Below, piece by piece: positions 39,906 through 51,466 of a stretch of 64,000 bases of DNA. Under the pieces are notes generated by a model. The model saw only the letters and a program-made list of their open reading frames with translations. It was not told where the DNA came from and searched no databases. Positions within the stretch are counted from its first letter, which is position 1. The number at the start of each line of letters is the position of its first letter. The position numbers and the translations under genes are program-made. This stretch comes from Candidatus Latescibacterota bacterium (GTDB lineage: Bacteria; Latescibacterota; UBA2968): contig OZ244960.1 in the NCBI GenBank assembly GCA_965222605.1, forward strand, positions 1,792,001 to 1,856,000, in the 5' to 3' direction.

Positions 39906-41493
39906 CAAATTCCTCGGGGAAAAAATTTTGGGCACTCGTCAGGGGGAGAGAAGCAATTTGCCCAAGACCACATATCGAACCCTCATTCATTTGCCACGCC
40001 ACGTCTGCCGCGTGTTGCAAGTGAGGTTTGTGGCCCTGTTCCCGATTGCAAATGCGATTTTCAAGTGCCTCGTGTAAATACCGCGTACCAATGCGACAGG
40101 GGGCGCATTGCCCGCAGCTTTCATCGTGAAAAAATCTCAACTGTTGACTGACTGACCATTTCATATCCACCGTGTCGTTCAACACCACCACGCCAGCCGA
40201 GCCGAGCAGCGAACCCAATCCATCCATTGTCTTAAAATCCAATGGCTGATCTCTGTATTTAGCCGGCAAAAAGCCCGAACTCGCACCCCCGGGACTAAAC
40301 GCTTTCGGATTACCAACATATCCACCTGCCTCTTCGACCAGCTCATCTAAAGTCACGCCCAGTGGCAACTCATAGACGCCCGGGCGTTCCACATGCCCGC
40401 TAATACAATACACTTTTGAACCCGCTTCTGTGCGTCCCAAATTGCGAAACCAATCGCCACCTCTTGAAATAATCGAAGGCACGCACGCAATAGTCTCCAC
40501 ATTGTGAATCAGCGTGGGTTTTCCCCACAAGCCGTATTCTGTGGGATAGGGTGGGCGCAAACGCGGCATCCCCCGCTTGCCCTCCAATGCCTCTAAAAGC
40601 GCGGTCTCCTCACCACAAATATACGCACCCTGTCCCGAGTGCATGTGAAAACGGATATCGGGAAATATATTATGCGATTCAAACTCTGCAACTGCTTTTG
40701 CCATCACAGCCTTTGGAAATGCGAACTCGCCCCGCAAGTACAAATAAACATCTTTTGCCCCGATTGTATAAGCCGCAATCGCCAATCCCTCAATGACCAG
40801 ATCGGGACGGCGCATCAAAATCTCCCTATCCTTAAATGTACCAGGCTCGCTCTCATCGCCATTTAAGACCACATAACGCACGGTCTCTTTTTCTGAACAC
40901 ACGGCATTCCACTTAAAAGATGCAGAAAAACCCGCACCACCGCGACCTTGCAGTCCCGATTTTTCTATTTCTTCAATAATTTCTTCGGGACGCATCTTCG
41001 CGGCCTTTCCAAACGCTTTACCCGACCAATCGGCCTGACCCAACAAATTGATCGCCATGGTATCTGGATCATCCACCTCTGGCCCCACATGCCCCAACCA
41101 GCTTTTGCCATTGGATGCTATTTCTGACCTGAGACTTGTCCAATCGCCATCTGTCCGCACCACATCTTCGACCGATACAGCTGGCAACACATCGCGGTCT
41201 CGCAATACCGCAGGCGGACGATCACAAGCCGCCAGACATGAACACCCCATCGCGGGCAGACCCGCATCTTCCATTGCCTGCAACACCTGATCTGCACCCG
41301 CCATGCGACACGACAAACCCGTGCAGACCCGCACTTTTTTGTCTGCATCAGTCAACAAATCAAAAAAGCTACCCACGCCATAGACATGCGCTTCGGGAAC
41401 ACCGGTTTGTTGCGACACCTCCCGCGACACGCCTGAATTTAATCCGCCGCCAATCTGGAGCAAATCGGGCACATCGGCCTGTTTTTTATTCAT
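39898..41493 (-). CDS. Fused NuoE-like/NuoF-like NAD(H)-binding flavoprotein subunit of FDH
   Basis: CTGLSC...CLAAC (2Fe-2S), GRGGAGF, DESEPGTFKD, GAYICGEETAL, ESCGQCAPCR..SICGLG. Confidence 0.9.
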   Translation of the reverse strand: MNKKQADVPDLLQIGGGLNSGVSREVSQQTGVPEAHVYGVGSFFDLLTDADKKVRVCTGLSCRMAGADQVLQAMEDAGLPAMGCSCLAACDRPPAVLRDRDVLPAVSVEDVVRTDGDWTSLRSEIASNGKSWLGHVGPEVDDPDTMAINLLGQADWSGKAFGKAAKMRPEEIIEEIEKSGLQGRGGAGFSASFKWNAVCSEKETVRYVVLNGDESEPGTFKDREILMRRPDLVIEGLAIAAYTIGAKDVYLYLRGEFAFPKAVMAKAVAEFESHNIFPDIRFHMHSGQGAYICGEETALLEALEGKRGMPRLRPPYPTEYGLWGKPTLIHNVETIACVPSIISRGGDWFRNLGRTEAGSKVYCISGHVERPGVYELPLGVTLDELVEEAGGYVGNPKAFSPGGASSGFLPAKYRDQPLDFKTMDGLGSLLGSAGVVVLNDTVDMKWSVSQQLRFFHDESCGQCAPCRIGTRYLHEALENRICNREQGHKPHLQHAADVAWQMNEGSICGLGQIASLPLTSAQNFFPEEFDE

Positions 41494-42153
41494 CTATAAC
41501 CTCTCATTCGCAATGCGAATTTGATCCATCAACCTTTGGGTCGCCTCAGTGGGATCGGGCTGGCAACACACGGCTGAAATCACCGCAATACCGTGCGCCC
41601 CTGCGCGCATCACCTCGCCAGCATTTTCTATTTCAATGCCCCCAATGGCAATAATTGGGATCGGTGTACAACTGCGCCAGCAGTTTATACGTACCCCATT
41701 GACCATCTCGCGCAAGCCCTCCAGACCTTTCACCATGCCCGCATCGGCCTTTGAACCAGTTACATAAATCGGACCAAAACCGATGTAATCCGCACCTTCA
41801 GCAACACACTGCTGCGCCTGCGAAAGCGTCTTTGCCGTCCCGCCAATCACTGCATCTTCACCGAGCAGATCGCGTGCCTTTTCAATGGGAAAATCATCTT
41901 GTCCCAAATGCACCCCATCAGCCTCTGCGGCAATTGCCACATCAACCCGGTCATTCACAATCAAAGGCACATCACCATACGCATTCTTCATGGCAATGGC
42001 GGTCTCAATCAACGCGCGCGTCGAGCCCTCTTTCTGCCGAAACTGAATGGTATCCGCCCCCCCAGCAACAGCCATTTGTGCCAACGCGCTGTGTGAAAAG
42101 CGGTCTTGCAAAACAACATCGGTTATGACGTGAAGTTTACCAATTTTTTTCAT
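41494..42153 (-). CDS. thiE: Thiamine-phosphate synthase (carries a 9-aa insertion)
   Basis: QFRQK, IVNDRVD, GVHLGQDD, AIGGI; start ATG 42153. Confidence 0.92.
   Translation of the reverse strand: MKKIGKLHVITDVVLQDRFSHSALAQMAVAGGADTIQFRQKEGSTRALIETAIAMKNAYGDVPLIVNDRVDVAIAAEADGVHLGQDDFPIEKARDLLGEDAVIGGTAKTLSQAQQCVAEGADYIGFGPIYVTGSKADAGMVKGLEGLREMVNGVRINCWRSCTPIPIIAIGGIEIENAGEVMRAGAHGIAVISAVCCQPDPTEATQRLMDQIRIANERL
41664..41690. repeat. 27-bp hairpin element inserted in frame in thiE
   Basis: GTGTACAACTGCGCCAGCAGTTTATAC; near-identical to the reverse complement of 10066-10088; removal restores GVPIP. Confidence 0.75.
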
Positions 42154-42154
42154 G

Positions 42155-42940
42155 TTAAAGTCGAAAAAAATAAAAATGATTCGTAGGACCTTTGCCCTTG
42201 CCAATATTTAAGCCATGCCGGATAGCTTCGGTAATATAATTTTTTGCCCTATCTATCGCATCGTGCAACCCGTATCCCAACGCAAAATTAGCTGCTATCG
42301 CCGATGCCAGTGTACAACCTGTCCCATGTGTATTCCTGGTATCTATGCGTTCACTTTCAAAAACTGTTTCACACGTCCCATCCCACAACACATCCACCGC
42401 TTTCCCCTCTAAATGTCCCCCCTTTACCAACACGGCACACGCGCTTAAATCGGCAATTTTACGCGCAGCAAATCCGGCATCTTTTCGCGTCTTTATTTTT
42501 GTCTTACTCAATAATTCCGCTTCGTGGAGATTGGGCGTCACCAGGGTAGCGAGTGGCAACAAGCGGTCCATAACGCATTGTATGGCATCGTCCTTGAACA
42601 ACGAAAACCCACTCGTCGAAATCATCACCGGATCGACCACGAGCGGTTGCCCATTGCGAGCTGTCAACTCATCGGCCACAGCCTCTACAATCGCACGCGA
42701 AGACAACATCCCCGTCTTGACCACAGCAATCTCAAAATCGTCAAATACAGCACTTATCTGAGCGCGGACAATCTCTTCGGGCAAATCACAAGCCGCACGC
42801 ACCTCTTGCGTATTCTGAGCAGTTACCGATGTAATCGCAGACAGACCAAACACACCATGGGCGTGAAATGTCTTCAAATCCGCCTGAATGCCCGCGCCAC
42901 CGCCGGAATCCGAACCCGCAATTGTCAGGGCTTGTTTCAT
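42155..42940 (-). CDS. thiD: Hydroxymethylpyrimidine/phosphomethylpyrimidine kinase
   Basis: TIAGSDSGGGAGIQADLK, VDPVM, TPN..EA, THGTGCT. Confidence 0.96.
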   Translation of the reverse strand: MKQALTIAGSDSGGGAGIQADLKTFHAHGVFGLSAITSVTAQNTQEVRAACDLPEEIVRAQISAVFDDFEIAVVKTGMLSSRAIVEAVADELTARNGQPLVVDPVMISTSGFSLFKDDAIQCVMDRLLPLATLVTPNLHEAELLSKTKIKTRKDAGFAARKIADLSACAVLVKGGHLEGKAVDVLWDGTCETVFESERIDTRNTHGTGCTLASAIAANFALGYGLHDAIDRAKNYITEAIRHGLNIGKGKGPTNHFYFFRL

Positions 42941-43572
42941 TCCCAGGCCTTCAAAAATTCGCATACCGCTTTAGCCGGATCTTTCGCTGCCAAAATACCC
43001 GACATCACCGCGACACCCACACATCCCGTTGTGCGACATTTGGCTGCGCGTTGGGGTGTTATACCACCCAGCGCGTAAACGGGTAAACGAGAATATGTCA
43101 CCGCATTTGCCAATCCCGCAAGCCCTGCTACCACACCATCATACCCGGGTTTGGACCCCGGTGTAAAAATAGGGCTATAAGTGACAAAATCTGCCCCATC
43201 AGCGCAATCTAATTCCGCATGGGTATGTGTGGAAGAGCCAATTAAAAATGACGGCTCGACCCGATCTCGGACCGCCCGAGACAATGTACCACCTGGCAAA
43301 TGCACACCCTGCGCGCCAATTTTTACGGCAATATCTGCTACTGAAGCGGTGTACAACCGCGATTCATTAATCAACAGCATCGCATCATAACGCGCTGTCA
43401 ACGACAAAACCTGCTCAGCCAGAGTTTCTAACACATCTCTGTCCAGAGCTTTTTCTCGCAACTGCACCAGCCGCACCCCGGCATCCAGCGCACGCGCGAG
43501 TACATCTAACATCGGTCGATCACCGCACGTTGCCCGGTCGGCAATCAAATAGAGGGGGGGCAATGAAATCAA
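42937..43572 (-). CDS. ThiE/TenI family protein (second thiamine-phosphate synthase or thiazole tautomerase)
   Basis: QLREK, GVHLP, SPIF...SK, YALGGI. Confidence 0.85.
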   Translation of the reverse strand: MISLPPLYLIADRATCGDRPMLDVLARALDAGVRLVQLREKALDRDVLETLAEQVLSLTARYDAMLLINESRLYTASVADIAVKIGAQGVHLPGGTLSRAVRDRVEPSFLIGSSTHTHAELDCADGADFVTYSPIFTPGSKPGYDGVVAGLAGLANAVTYSRLPVYALGGITPQRAAKCRTTGCVGVAVMSGILAAKDPAKAVCEFLKAWE

Positions 43573-44345
43573 ATTTCCACCCGTCCTTCCATCGCTGTCG
43601 AAGCCGTTGCGTACAGCTTTCTGGGAATCCGCCCGGCTTCAAAAGCATACCGCCCGGCTTCAACCCCTTTTTTCATAGCCAGCGCCATCTTCACCGGATG
43701 CCGAGCGCCCGCGACTGCCGTATTCAACAACACGCCATCACAACCCAATTCCATCGCCAGAGCAGCGTCCGAGGCGGTTCCCACCCCCGCATCGACAATA
43801 ACCGGCACATTGACCGAATCCAGAATAATCTGAATATTGTACGGATTCCGAATCCCCATTCCCGAACCAATGGGCGCACCCAGAGGCATCACAGCGGCAC
43901 ATCCCAAATCTTCCAACTTCTTACAGGTAATGGGATCGTCATTACAATAGGGCAACACGGTAAACCCATCGCTCACCAGTGTCTCGGCAGCCTGGAGCAA
44001 CCCCACCACATCTGGAAACAAAGTGCGTTCATCGCCAATCACCTCTAACTTAATCAGATCGGTTTCCAGCGCTTCACGTGCCAACCGCGCAGTAAGCACT
44101 GCATCCTGAGCGGTAAAACAGCCAGCAGTATTTGGCAAAATAGTGTACCGCGATCGATCGAGCAAATTGAGAACACCCTCGCCAGATTCGTCATTCATAT
44201 TGAGTCGTCGAATGCCCACCGTTACAATCTCTGCGCCACTGGCTTTAACGGACTTCAGCATCACCTGCATATTGGGATAACGCGCAGTACCTATCAACAG
44301 CCGTGAACAATATGTTACGCCTGCTATCTTAAAATCGCCAGTCAT
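43569..44345 (-). CDS. thiG: Thiazole synthase
   Basis: [31 protein letters not shown]; start ATG 44345. Confidence 0.96.
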   Translation of the reverse strand: MTGDFKIAGVTYCSRLLIGTARYPNMQVMLKSVKASGAEIVTVGIRRLNMNDESGEGVLNLLDRSRYTILPNTAGCFTAQDAVLTARLAREALETDLIKLEVIGDERTLFPDVVGLLQAAETLVSDGFTVLPYCNDDPITCKKLEDLGCAAVMPLGAPIGSGMGIRNPYNIQIILDSVNVPVIVDAGVGTASDAALAMELGCDGVLLNTAVAGARHPVKMALAMKKGVEAGRYAFEAGRIPRKLYATASTAMEGRVEI

Positions 44346-44386
44346 AATATCCTCACAGTTATTCCCCACTACCCCCAGCCCCCAGT

Positions 44387-44593
44387 TTATCCCCCCTGAA
44401 CCGCGTGAATAATATCCACCCGGTCGCCATTGCACAACCGCGTATCTGCCCACATCGCACGCGCTATGACCTCGGCATTTAGGGCCACGGCAATGCCCTT
44501 TTGTTCGGCGTTAAAATTCATCTCAATCAGTAAATCGAGCAGCGTTGACGCATCATCCACTGATTGCTCTTGACCATTCACTGTAAGTTGCAT
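44387..44593 (-). CDS. thiS: Sulfur carrier protein
   Basis: 68 aa, AVALN, C-terminal VQGG. Confidence 0.95.
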   Translation of the reverse strand: MQLTVNGQEQSVDDASTLLDLLIEMNFNAEQKGIAVALNAEVIARAMWADTRLCNGDRVDIIHAVQGG

Positions 44594-44596
44594 GGG

Positions 44597-45733
44597 CTAC
44601 AATCCAAATCGGTCAATCCCAAAAGGCCGAATAAGTGCCGGGGTGCGCTGCTCCAAAATTACTTCTGCAATAGATAGCGCAGTCAACGGCATCAGCAAAA
44701 TACCTTTCCGATAATGGCCTGTTGCCATAATTAAACCCTCGATAGGCGTCTTGCCCAAAATAGGCGCGTCATCCCGGCTACCCGGGCGCAACCCCGCCGC
44801 GGACTCCACCAGAGGCAAATCGTAAACCCCCGGCACCACTTCCCATGCGGCGCGCAACAGTTCAAACATCCCCCCCGCGGTCACATCTTCATCAAACCCC
44901 ATCTCTTCTGACGTAGCACCCAAAACGAGATGCCCATTATCCTTGGGCACGAGATACGCCATCGTAGAAGTCGCCACCCGCGAATACCAGACCATCGTAT
45001 TGAGCGCGAAGTCCTCCGTCATGGCCAGGCGCATAATCTGCCCGCGCACAGGACGCACCGGAGGCCTGGCACAATCGGGCAACCCCGGTATCAGACGCGA
45101 CCAGCATCCCGAAGCCAGCACCACCGTATCACCCTCAAAAACTTCCTCGCCAATCCGAACCCCGCGCACCCGCGTCCCATCTATCAAAAGTTCATCTACT
45201 GCCATCTCTTCAAACACCTCGCCACCTGCCGCCACAAACCCCTTCTTCAACGCCATCACCAGACGCCGATTATCCACTTGATGATCGCCCGGACACCACA
45301 CGGCAGCACTCACCTGAGCCGACAAATGCGGCTCTCGCTCCCGCGCCTCATCACCCGAGAGATAGGTAACAGACAATCCCAAATCGCGCTGATAGCCATA
45401 CCGAAATTTTAAGTACTCCAGATCATCTTGCGTAATACCCACCAGCAGCACCCCATCGCGGCGATAGCCCACACAGCACCCGGTGTCCGCCTCCAATTCA
45501 CCGACAAACTCGGGATAAACCGCCAGCCCCTTCAGGCCGAGATGCAACAGATCTTCCTCTTCAAATTGCACCTCTGACAGCGGCGACAACATACCCGCCG
45601 AAGCCCAGCTCGCCGAGCGTCCAACACGGCCCCGATCAAACAGAGCTACAGCACACCCCGCACGCGCCAACCGCCAGCCAATCGCCAGCCCAATCGCCCC
45701 ACCACCCACAATGAGCACGCGCTTTTGCACCAT
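44597..45733 (-). CDS. thiO: Glycine oxidase
   Basis: GGGAIG, ASWASAGML, PVRGQ, GLRP, TGHYRKGILL. Confidence 0.93.
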   Translation of the reverse strand: MVQKRVLIVGGGAIGLAIGWRLARAGCAVALFDRGRVGRSASWASAGMLSPLSEVQFEEEDLLHLGLKGLAVYPEFVGELEADTGCCVGYRRDGVLLVGITQDDLEYLKFRYGYQRDLGLSVTYLSGDEAREREPHLSAQVSAAVWCPGDHQVDNRRLVMALKKGFVAAGGEVFEEMAVDELLIDGTRVRGVRIGEEVFEGDTVVLASGCWSRLIPGLPDCARPPVRPVRGQIMRLAMTEDFALNTMVWYSRVATSTMAYLVPKDNGHLVLGATSEEMGFDEDVTAGGMFELLRAAWEVVPGVYDLPLVESAAGLRPGSRDDAPILGKTPIEGLIMATGHYRKGILLMPLTALSIAEVILEQRTPALIRPFGIDRFGL

Positions 45734-45747
45734 CACAACCTCAAGGT

Positions 45748-45785
45748 AAAAAAAACCACCCTTCGCATAGAGTCGAAAAGTGGTC
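45748..45785 (-). terminator. Riboswitch expression-platform terminator before thiO
   Basis: ACCACTTTTCG-loop-CGAAGGGTGGT-T8. Confidence 0.75.
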
Positions 45786-45799
45786 TCACCATCCGTTCA

Positions 45800-45880
45800 A
45801 CAAACTCCCTACGCCGGCATGATCCGGATCAGGTACAAAGGGTATAATCTCAGCTCACAGCAGCAAGCACCCCTGTCTTC
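45800..45880 (-). ncRNA. TPP riboswitch (thiO operon)
   Basis: AGGGGTGC...GCTGAGATTATACCC...ACCTGATCCGGATCATGCCGGCGTAGGGA. Confidence 0.95.
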
Positions 45881-45938
45881 TTTTAACTTTGCAAAGATAC
45901 CATTTTCACATTCCCAGGTCAAGACGTTCCCTTTATAG

Positions 45939-47813
<1,875 letters not shown>

Positions 47814-47839
47814 AGCAAAAAATAAAACCGAGGAATGAG

Positions 47840-47876
47840 AACAGGTATTGCTCAAAAAAATAGAGCAATACCTGTT
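47840..47876. terminator. Bidirectional terminator hairpin
   Basis: AACAGGTATTGCTC-loop-GAGCAATACCTGTT between convergent genes. Confidence 0.8.
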
Positions 47877-47893
47877 AAAAAAGGGATGGAGCC

Positions 47894-50047
47894 TCAGCGA
47901 CGATCTTCTACAACAGGCGGGGATCCGACGAAGCCCGAGCTAAGCGGCTGAGTTGCCCTCGCAGGTATCGTCGTATTCAGTACTTCGACATAAGCATCGT
48001 AGAAATTCTGAATATTTCTGACATAGTGTACGGGCTGACCGCCTCGGCAGAAACCGTATCGCGCCCGCTCGTAGTAGTCCGGTTGGGACAGCAAGCGCAT
48101 CGCCTTTTCCACATGGCCAAACCAGCGGTTGGGATCCCATCCCATTTCCCGCGCCAGGCGACGAGCGTCGAGCATATGGCCGTATCCGACATTGTAAGAA
48201 GCCAGCGCAAAGCGAATCCGCTCTTGCATCGGGAGCTTGTGGTCGAACCGGTTGATAAGCTGACGCATATACTTGACCCCTGCGTGAATGCTCTCCTGGG
48301 GTTCATGAAGATCGGTAAATCCCAACTGCTCCCCCGTACTCGGCATCACCTGCATCAGCCCCTGCGCGCCGACCCAACTGACAGCCTCTGGATCGAATCT
48401 GGATTCCTGGTACATCTGTGCGGTAATCAACCGCCAGTCCTGCCCGTATTGAGAGGCGTATTTTTTTGTTAGATCATCATAAGGTGACAACTGACCGCTC
48501 AAACCGACCCGCGTTGAATCTTTAGCTCTGGCGACAGCGCGCGTGCTCTTAAAATACCTCTTTTTCATCATATTAAAAAACAAACCGCCTTTTTCTTCTT
48601 TTATATACTTGTTGAGTGCTGCCAATAACTCTGAATTGTCCTTGCGAACCGCCCAGCCCAGTGCCGTGGGCTTGATACTCAAAGCGGCTTTGAGGCGGCG
48701 ACCATACGCGCGTTCTATATCGAGCAAATGGGAATCGCACATCGTGAGGTCATAAATACCCTCTTCAACCCCGGCCAATATATCTTCGGTTTCTACATTG
48801 TCGGGCACGATCGCAATCTCGAGGCCTTTGATAGAATCCCGCAACGCCATCAGCGTCGTATAAAATGAAGAACTGGCTCGCACATGTATCGTCCGCCCGG
48901 CCAGATCCTGAAGACTGCCAATCGAATCGTCATCCGCATGCACCACCACCAGTTCACTTACTTCATTATAGGGTTGCGTAAATGCCGCCTGCGCTTGCCG
49001 TTCCTCAGTGATGGTCATTGCCGACGACACGATATCGCCCTTGCCTTCGTTCAAATACGACAACAGTTCGGCGTGACTATTCGGAATGACAATTTCGAGG
49101 CGCAGGCCGTGCTGCGAGGCAAATCGCTTTATAAGCTCGTATTCGAATCCTATCTGCTGTCCCCGATAAATAAAATAAGTCATCGCATTGTTGCGCGTGA
49201 TCATGCGCAACCGGCGGTGTTCTTTCAGGCCGGGCAGATCGTCTGTAAATATTTCTTGGCGCTGACGCGTAAATTGATGCGCCAGCAAATACTCATCCAC
49301 CTTGACTTTGAGCTTTGTATCATTTAGGCGCATCATCAAGGCAAGCGGACGCTCTTCGGCCACAACGAGCGGCGCGACGAGGTTATCGTAATAACTGGCA
49401 ATGGCATGCCACTGATGCGCGTCGCATAAAGTCGCTTTGTATTGACCCTGGGCAATGCCTTTAATCAGACCCTCGGTGCTGAGCGTATCTGACACAGTGT
49501 GGATGCGTAAAGACGGCACTTCCTTTTGAACATCAATCAAGGTCTGATAATACGAACTGGACTGCCGTACACTGATCTCCATACCGGCAAGATCAGCTAC
49601 TGTCTCGGGCAGGCTATCTGCCCGCGTTGTAATCAAATATTCATCGACATATAAATACGGAACAGAAAACGCTGCCAGCTTTTCTCGATCCGGCGTAACA
49701 GTCAAGCTGGAGGCGATAATATCGCCCTCGCCTTCGAGTAGTTTTTCCAACATCTGAACATAATTATCGGCCTTTACAAGCTCCAACTTCATCTTGAGAG
49801 CCTCGGCCAGACTATGGGCGATATCGTAGTCCAGCGTCACCGGCTCTGCCTGCCGGGGGATATAGGTGATCGGCTCCTGACTAACGATCACCCGCAATGT
49901 GCCGCGAGCCTGTAATAGCGGAAGGTCGCCCGTATATTTGGGCGGCGGTAAAGGCACGGGTTGTTTTTCGCTGCACTGTACAAAAGCACATAAGAAAATC
50001 AGTGCTGGGGGAATCATACGATGCAACATGTATGTATCTCCTTTCAA
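47894..50047 (-). CDS. MltF-like lytic transglycosylase with two tandem SBP_bac_3 domains
   Basis: Two GD(I)I/V.S..TIT.ER...F..PY modules; SLT QES.F.P.A.S..GA.GLMQ, ASYNVG; start may be 50029. Confidence 0.88.
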   Translation of the reverse strand: MKGDTYMLHRMIPPALIFLCAFVQCSEKQPVPLPPPKYTGDLPLLQARGTLRVIVSQEPITYIPRQAEPVTLDYDIAHSLAEALKMKLELVKADNYVQMLEKLLEGEGDIIASSLTVTPDREKLAAFSVPYLYVDEYLITTRADSLPETVADLAGMEISVRQSSSYYQTLIDVQKEVPSLRIHTVSDTLSTEGLIKGIAQGQYKATLCDAHQWHAIASYYDNLVAPLVVAEERPLALMMRLNDTKLKVKVDEYLLAHQFTRQRQEIFTDDLPGLKEHRRLRMITRNNAMTYFIYRGQQIGFEYELIKRFASQHGLRLEIVIPNSHAELLSYLNEGKGDIVSSAMTITEERQAQAAFTQPYNEVSELVVVHADDDSIGSLQDLAGRTIHVRASSSFYTTLMALRDSIKGLEIAIVPDNVETEDILAGVEEGIYDLTMCDSHLLDIERAYGRRLKAALSIKPTALGWAVRKDNSELLAALNKYIKEEKGGLFFNMMKKRYFKSTRAVARAKDSTRVGLSGQLSPYDDLTKKYASQYGQDWRLITAQMYQESRFDPEAVSWVGAQGLMQVMPSTGEQLGFTDLHEPQESIHAGVKYMRQLINRFDHKLPMQERIRFALASYNVGYGHMLDARRLAREMGWDPNRWFGHVEKAMRLLSQPDYYERARYGFCRGGQPVHYVRNIQNFYDAYVEVLNTTIPARATQPLSSGFVGSPPVVEDRR

Positions 50048-50173
50048 TATGTGGCCTCATCGCCGGGTCGATGAGGTATTACTTTGCGGTATTTCCTCCC
50101 AAAAGAAGAAGGGATTGCGATATAATCGCACCCTTTTTTATTTGTGAAATACAGATGATAGTTTTGGGGCGAT

Positions 50174-50542
50174 TTATGTCTTCCGTCTCACCGGCGGGTC
50201 GGATACAAAGCTTTCGATAGCCGCGTCAACGGATTCCAACGTGCGAAAATGCGACGACAATTTTCCGACCATCATCAAACTCTCCATCCGGTTTGCAATA
50301 CCGGCCAATCTGAGATCGCCCCCGGCATTTCTCAACATCTCCAGGCTAACTGCCAACACGCCTAACATCGTGCTGCCAAACCATCTCACCCTGGAAAAAT
50401 CAACCACGACATTTGTAATGCCATCGGCCATGACCTCTTCGACATAGTGCTGAAAAGGAACGACTGTAGGACCGCTCATCAGGGTACCCGATACAGTCAG
50501 AACCGCGACGTGATCGCGAATGTCAACTTTTATTCTCATCAA
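50174..50542 (-). CDS. STAS domain anti-sigma factor antagonist
   Basis: VVVDFSRVRWFGSTMLGVL, GGDLRL. Confidence 0.88.
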   Translation of the reverse strand: MMRIKVDIRDHVAVLTVSGTLMSGPTVVPFQHYVEEVMADGITNVVVDFSRVRWFGSTMLGVLAVSLEMLRNAGGDLRLAGIANRMESLMMVGKLSSHFRTLESVDAAIESFVSDPPVRRKT

Positions 50543-50551
50543 AAAAAACCG

Positions 50552-50902
50552 CTATGCGTCATTATCTGCAAAACTTTCCACAGCCCGATCTACCGTAGGT
50601 AGGGTCTTAAAAATATTCGCCAACTGCGTAACCATCAAAATACTTTCAATCTTCCTGGTAACGCCCGTCAATCTCAAATCGCCGCCTTCACCGCGCAGCG
50701 TCGTCAAACTCGCCGTTAGCACGCCCAACATAGCACTGCCAAACCATCTCACCCTGGAAAAATCAACCACCACTTTTTTTACACCCTCATTTGCAAGTTT
50801 CTTAATATGATCTTGAAATGGGGCAACCTCGGGACCGCTCATCAATTCACCCGATAGGGTTAAAACCGCGACATCCCCGCGGATCTTTTCCGAAATTCTC
50901 AT
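50552..50902 (-). CDS. STAS domain anti-sigma factor antagonist (tandem paralog)
   Basis: VVVDFSRVRWFGSAMLGVL; start ATG 50902 after GGAGG. Confidence 0.88.
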   Translation of the reverse strand: MRISEKIRGDVAVLTLSGELMSGPEVAPFQDHIKKLANEGVKKVVVDFSRVRWFGSAMLGVLTASLTTLRGEGGDLRLTGVTRKIESILMVTQLANIFKTLPTVDRAVESFADNDA

Positions 50903-50974
50903 ACAAACCTCCAAAGCCCAGAACTCATTGAACATCGCATGGGGCACTGAAAATACGGCTTAACAAGAAAAAAA

Positions 50975-51451
50975 TCAAGAAAAGGCGTATTCAATCACCA
51001 TTTGCAAGGCAGCATCTGCTATCGCATTGCGAATGGCATCGCGATCCCCATCAAACTGAAAGACCTCACAAACCACACCTTCTGCACCGGCAACTGCGAT
51101 ATACGTCGTGCCGATGGGCTTGGACGACCGTCCGCGAATGGGACCAGCGATCCCGGTCTCGGCCAAGCCCAAATCTGCACCACTCACTTTTCGCACGCCT
51201 TTAGCCATTGCACGCACGGCTTCTGCGCTCACTGTACCATACGTATCCATCACCTGCACATCTATCCCCAGCATCTCGCGTTTAGACAACGCGCTATACG
51301 CAATAACCCCGCGCTCATAATAAGCCGAACTGCCCGGAACCGAAACAATGCGGGTGCTGATCAACCCGCCTGTTGTGGTTTCTGCAACTGCAATAGTCCA
51401 GTTTCGTTCTCGAAGCAATTTTCCGAGCTTTACTTCCAATTGTTCAGACAT
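50975..51451 (-). CDS. CinA C-terminal / PncC family protein
   Basis: AET.TGG, PGSS.Y, Y....K, G.VS....AMA, TGIAGP. Confidence 0.9.
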   Translation of the reverse strand: MSEQLEVKLGKLLRERNWTIAVAETTTGGLISTRIVSVPGSSAYYERGVIAYSALSKREMLGIDVQVMDTYGTVSAEAVRAMAKGVRKVSGADLGLAETGIAGPIRGRSSKPIGTTYIAVAGAEGVVCEVFQFDGDRDAIRNAIADAALQMVIEYAFS

Positions 51452-51466
51452 GTTTGAAACCGCATA

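Noticed and set aside
37089-39935. FDH as two separate genes or a nonsense pseudogene
   Set aside because: The stop is an in-frame TGA at the catalytic Cys/Sec position with a SECIS-like hairpin
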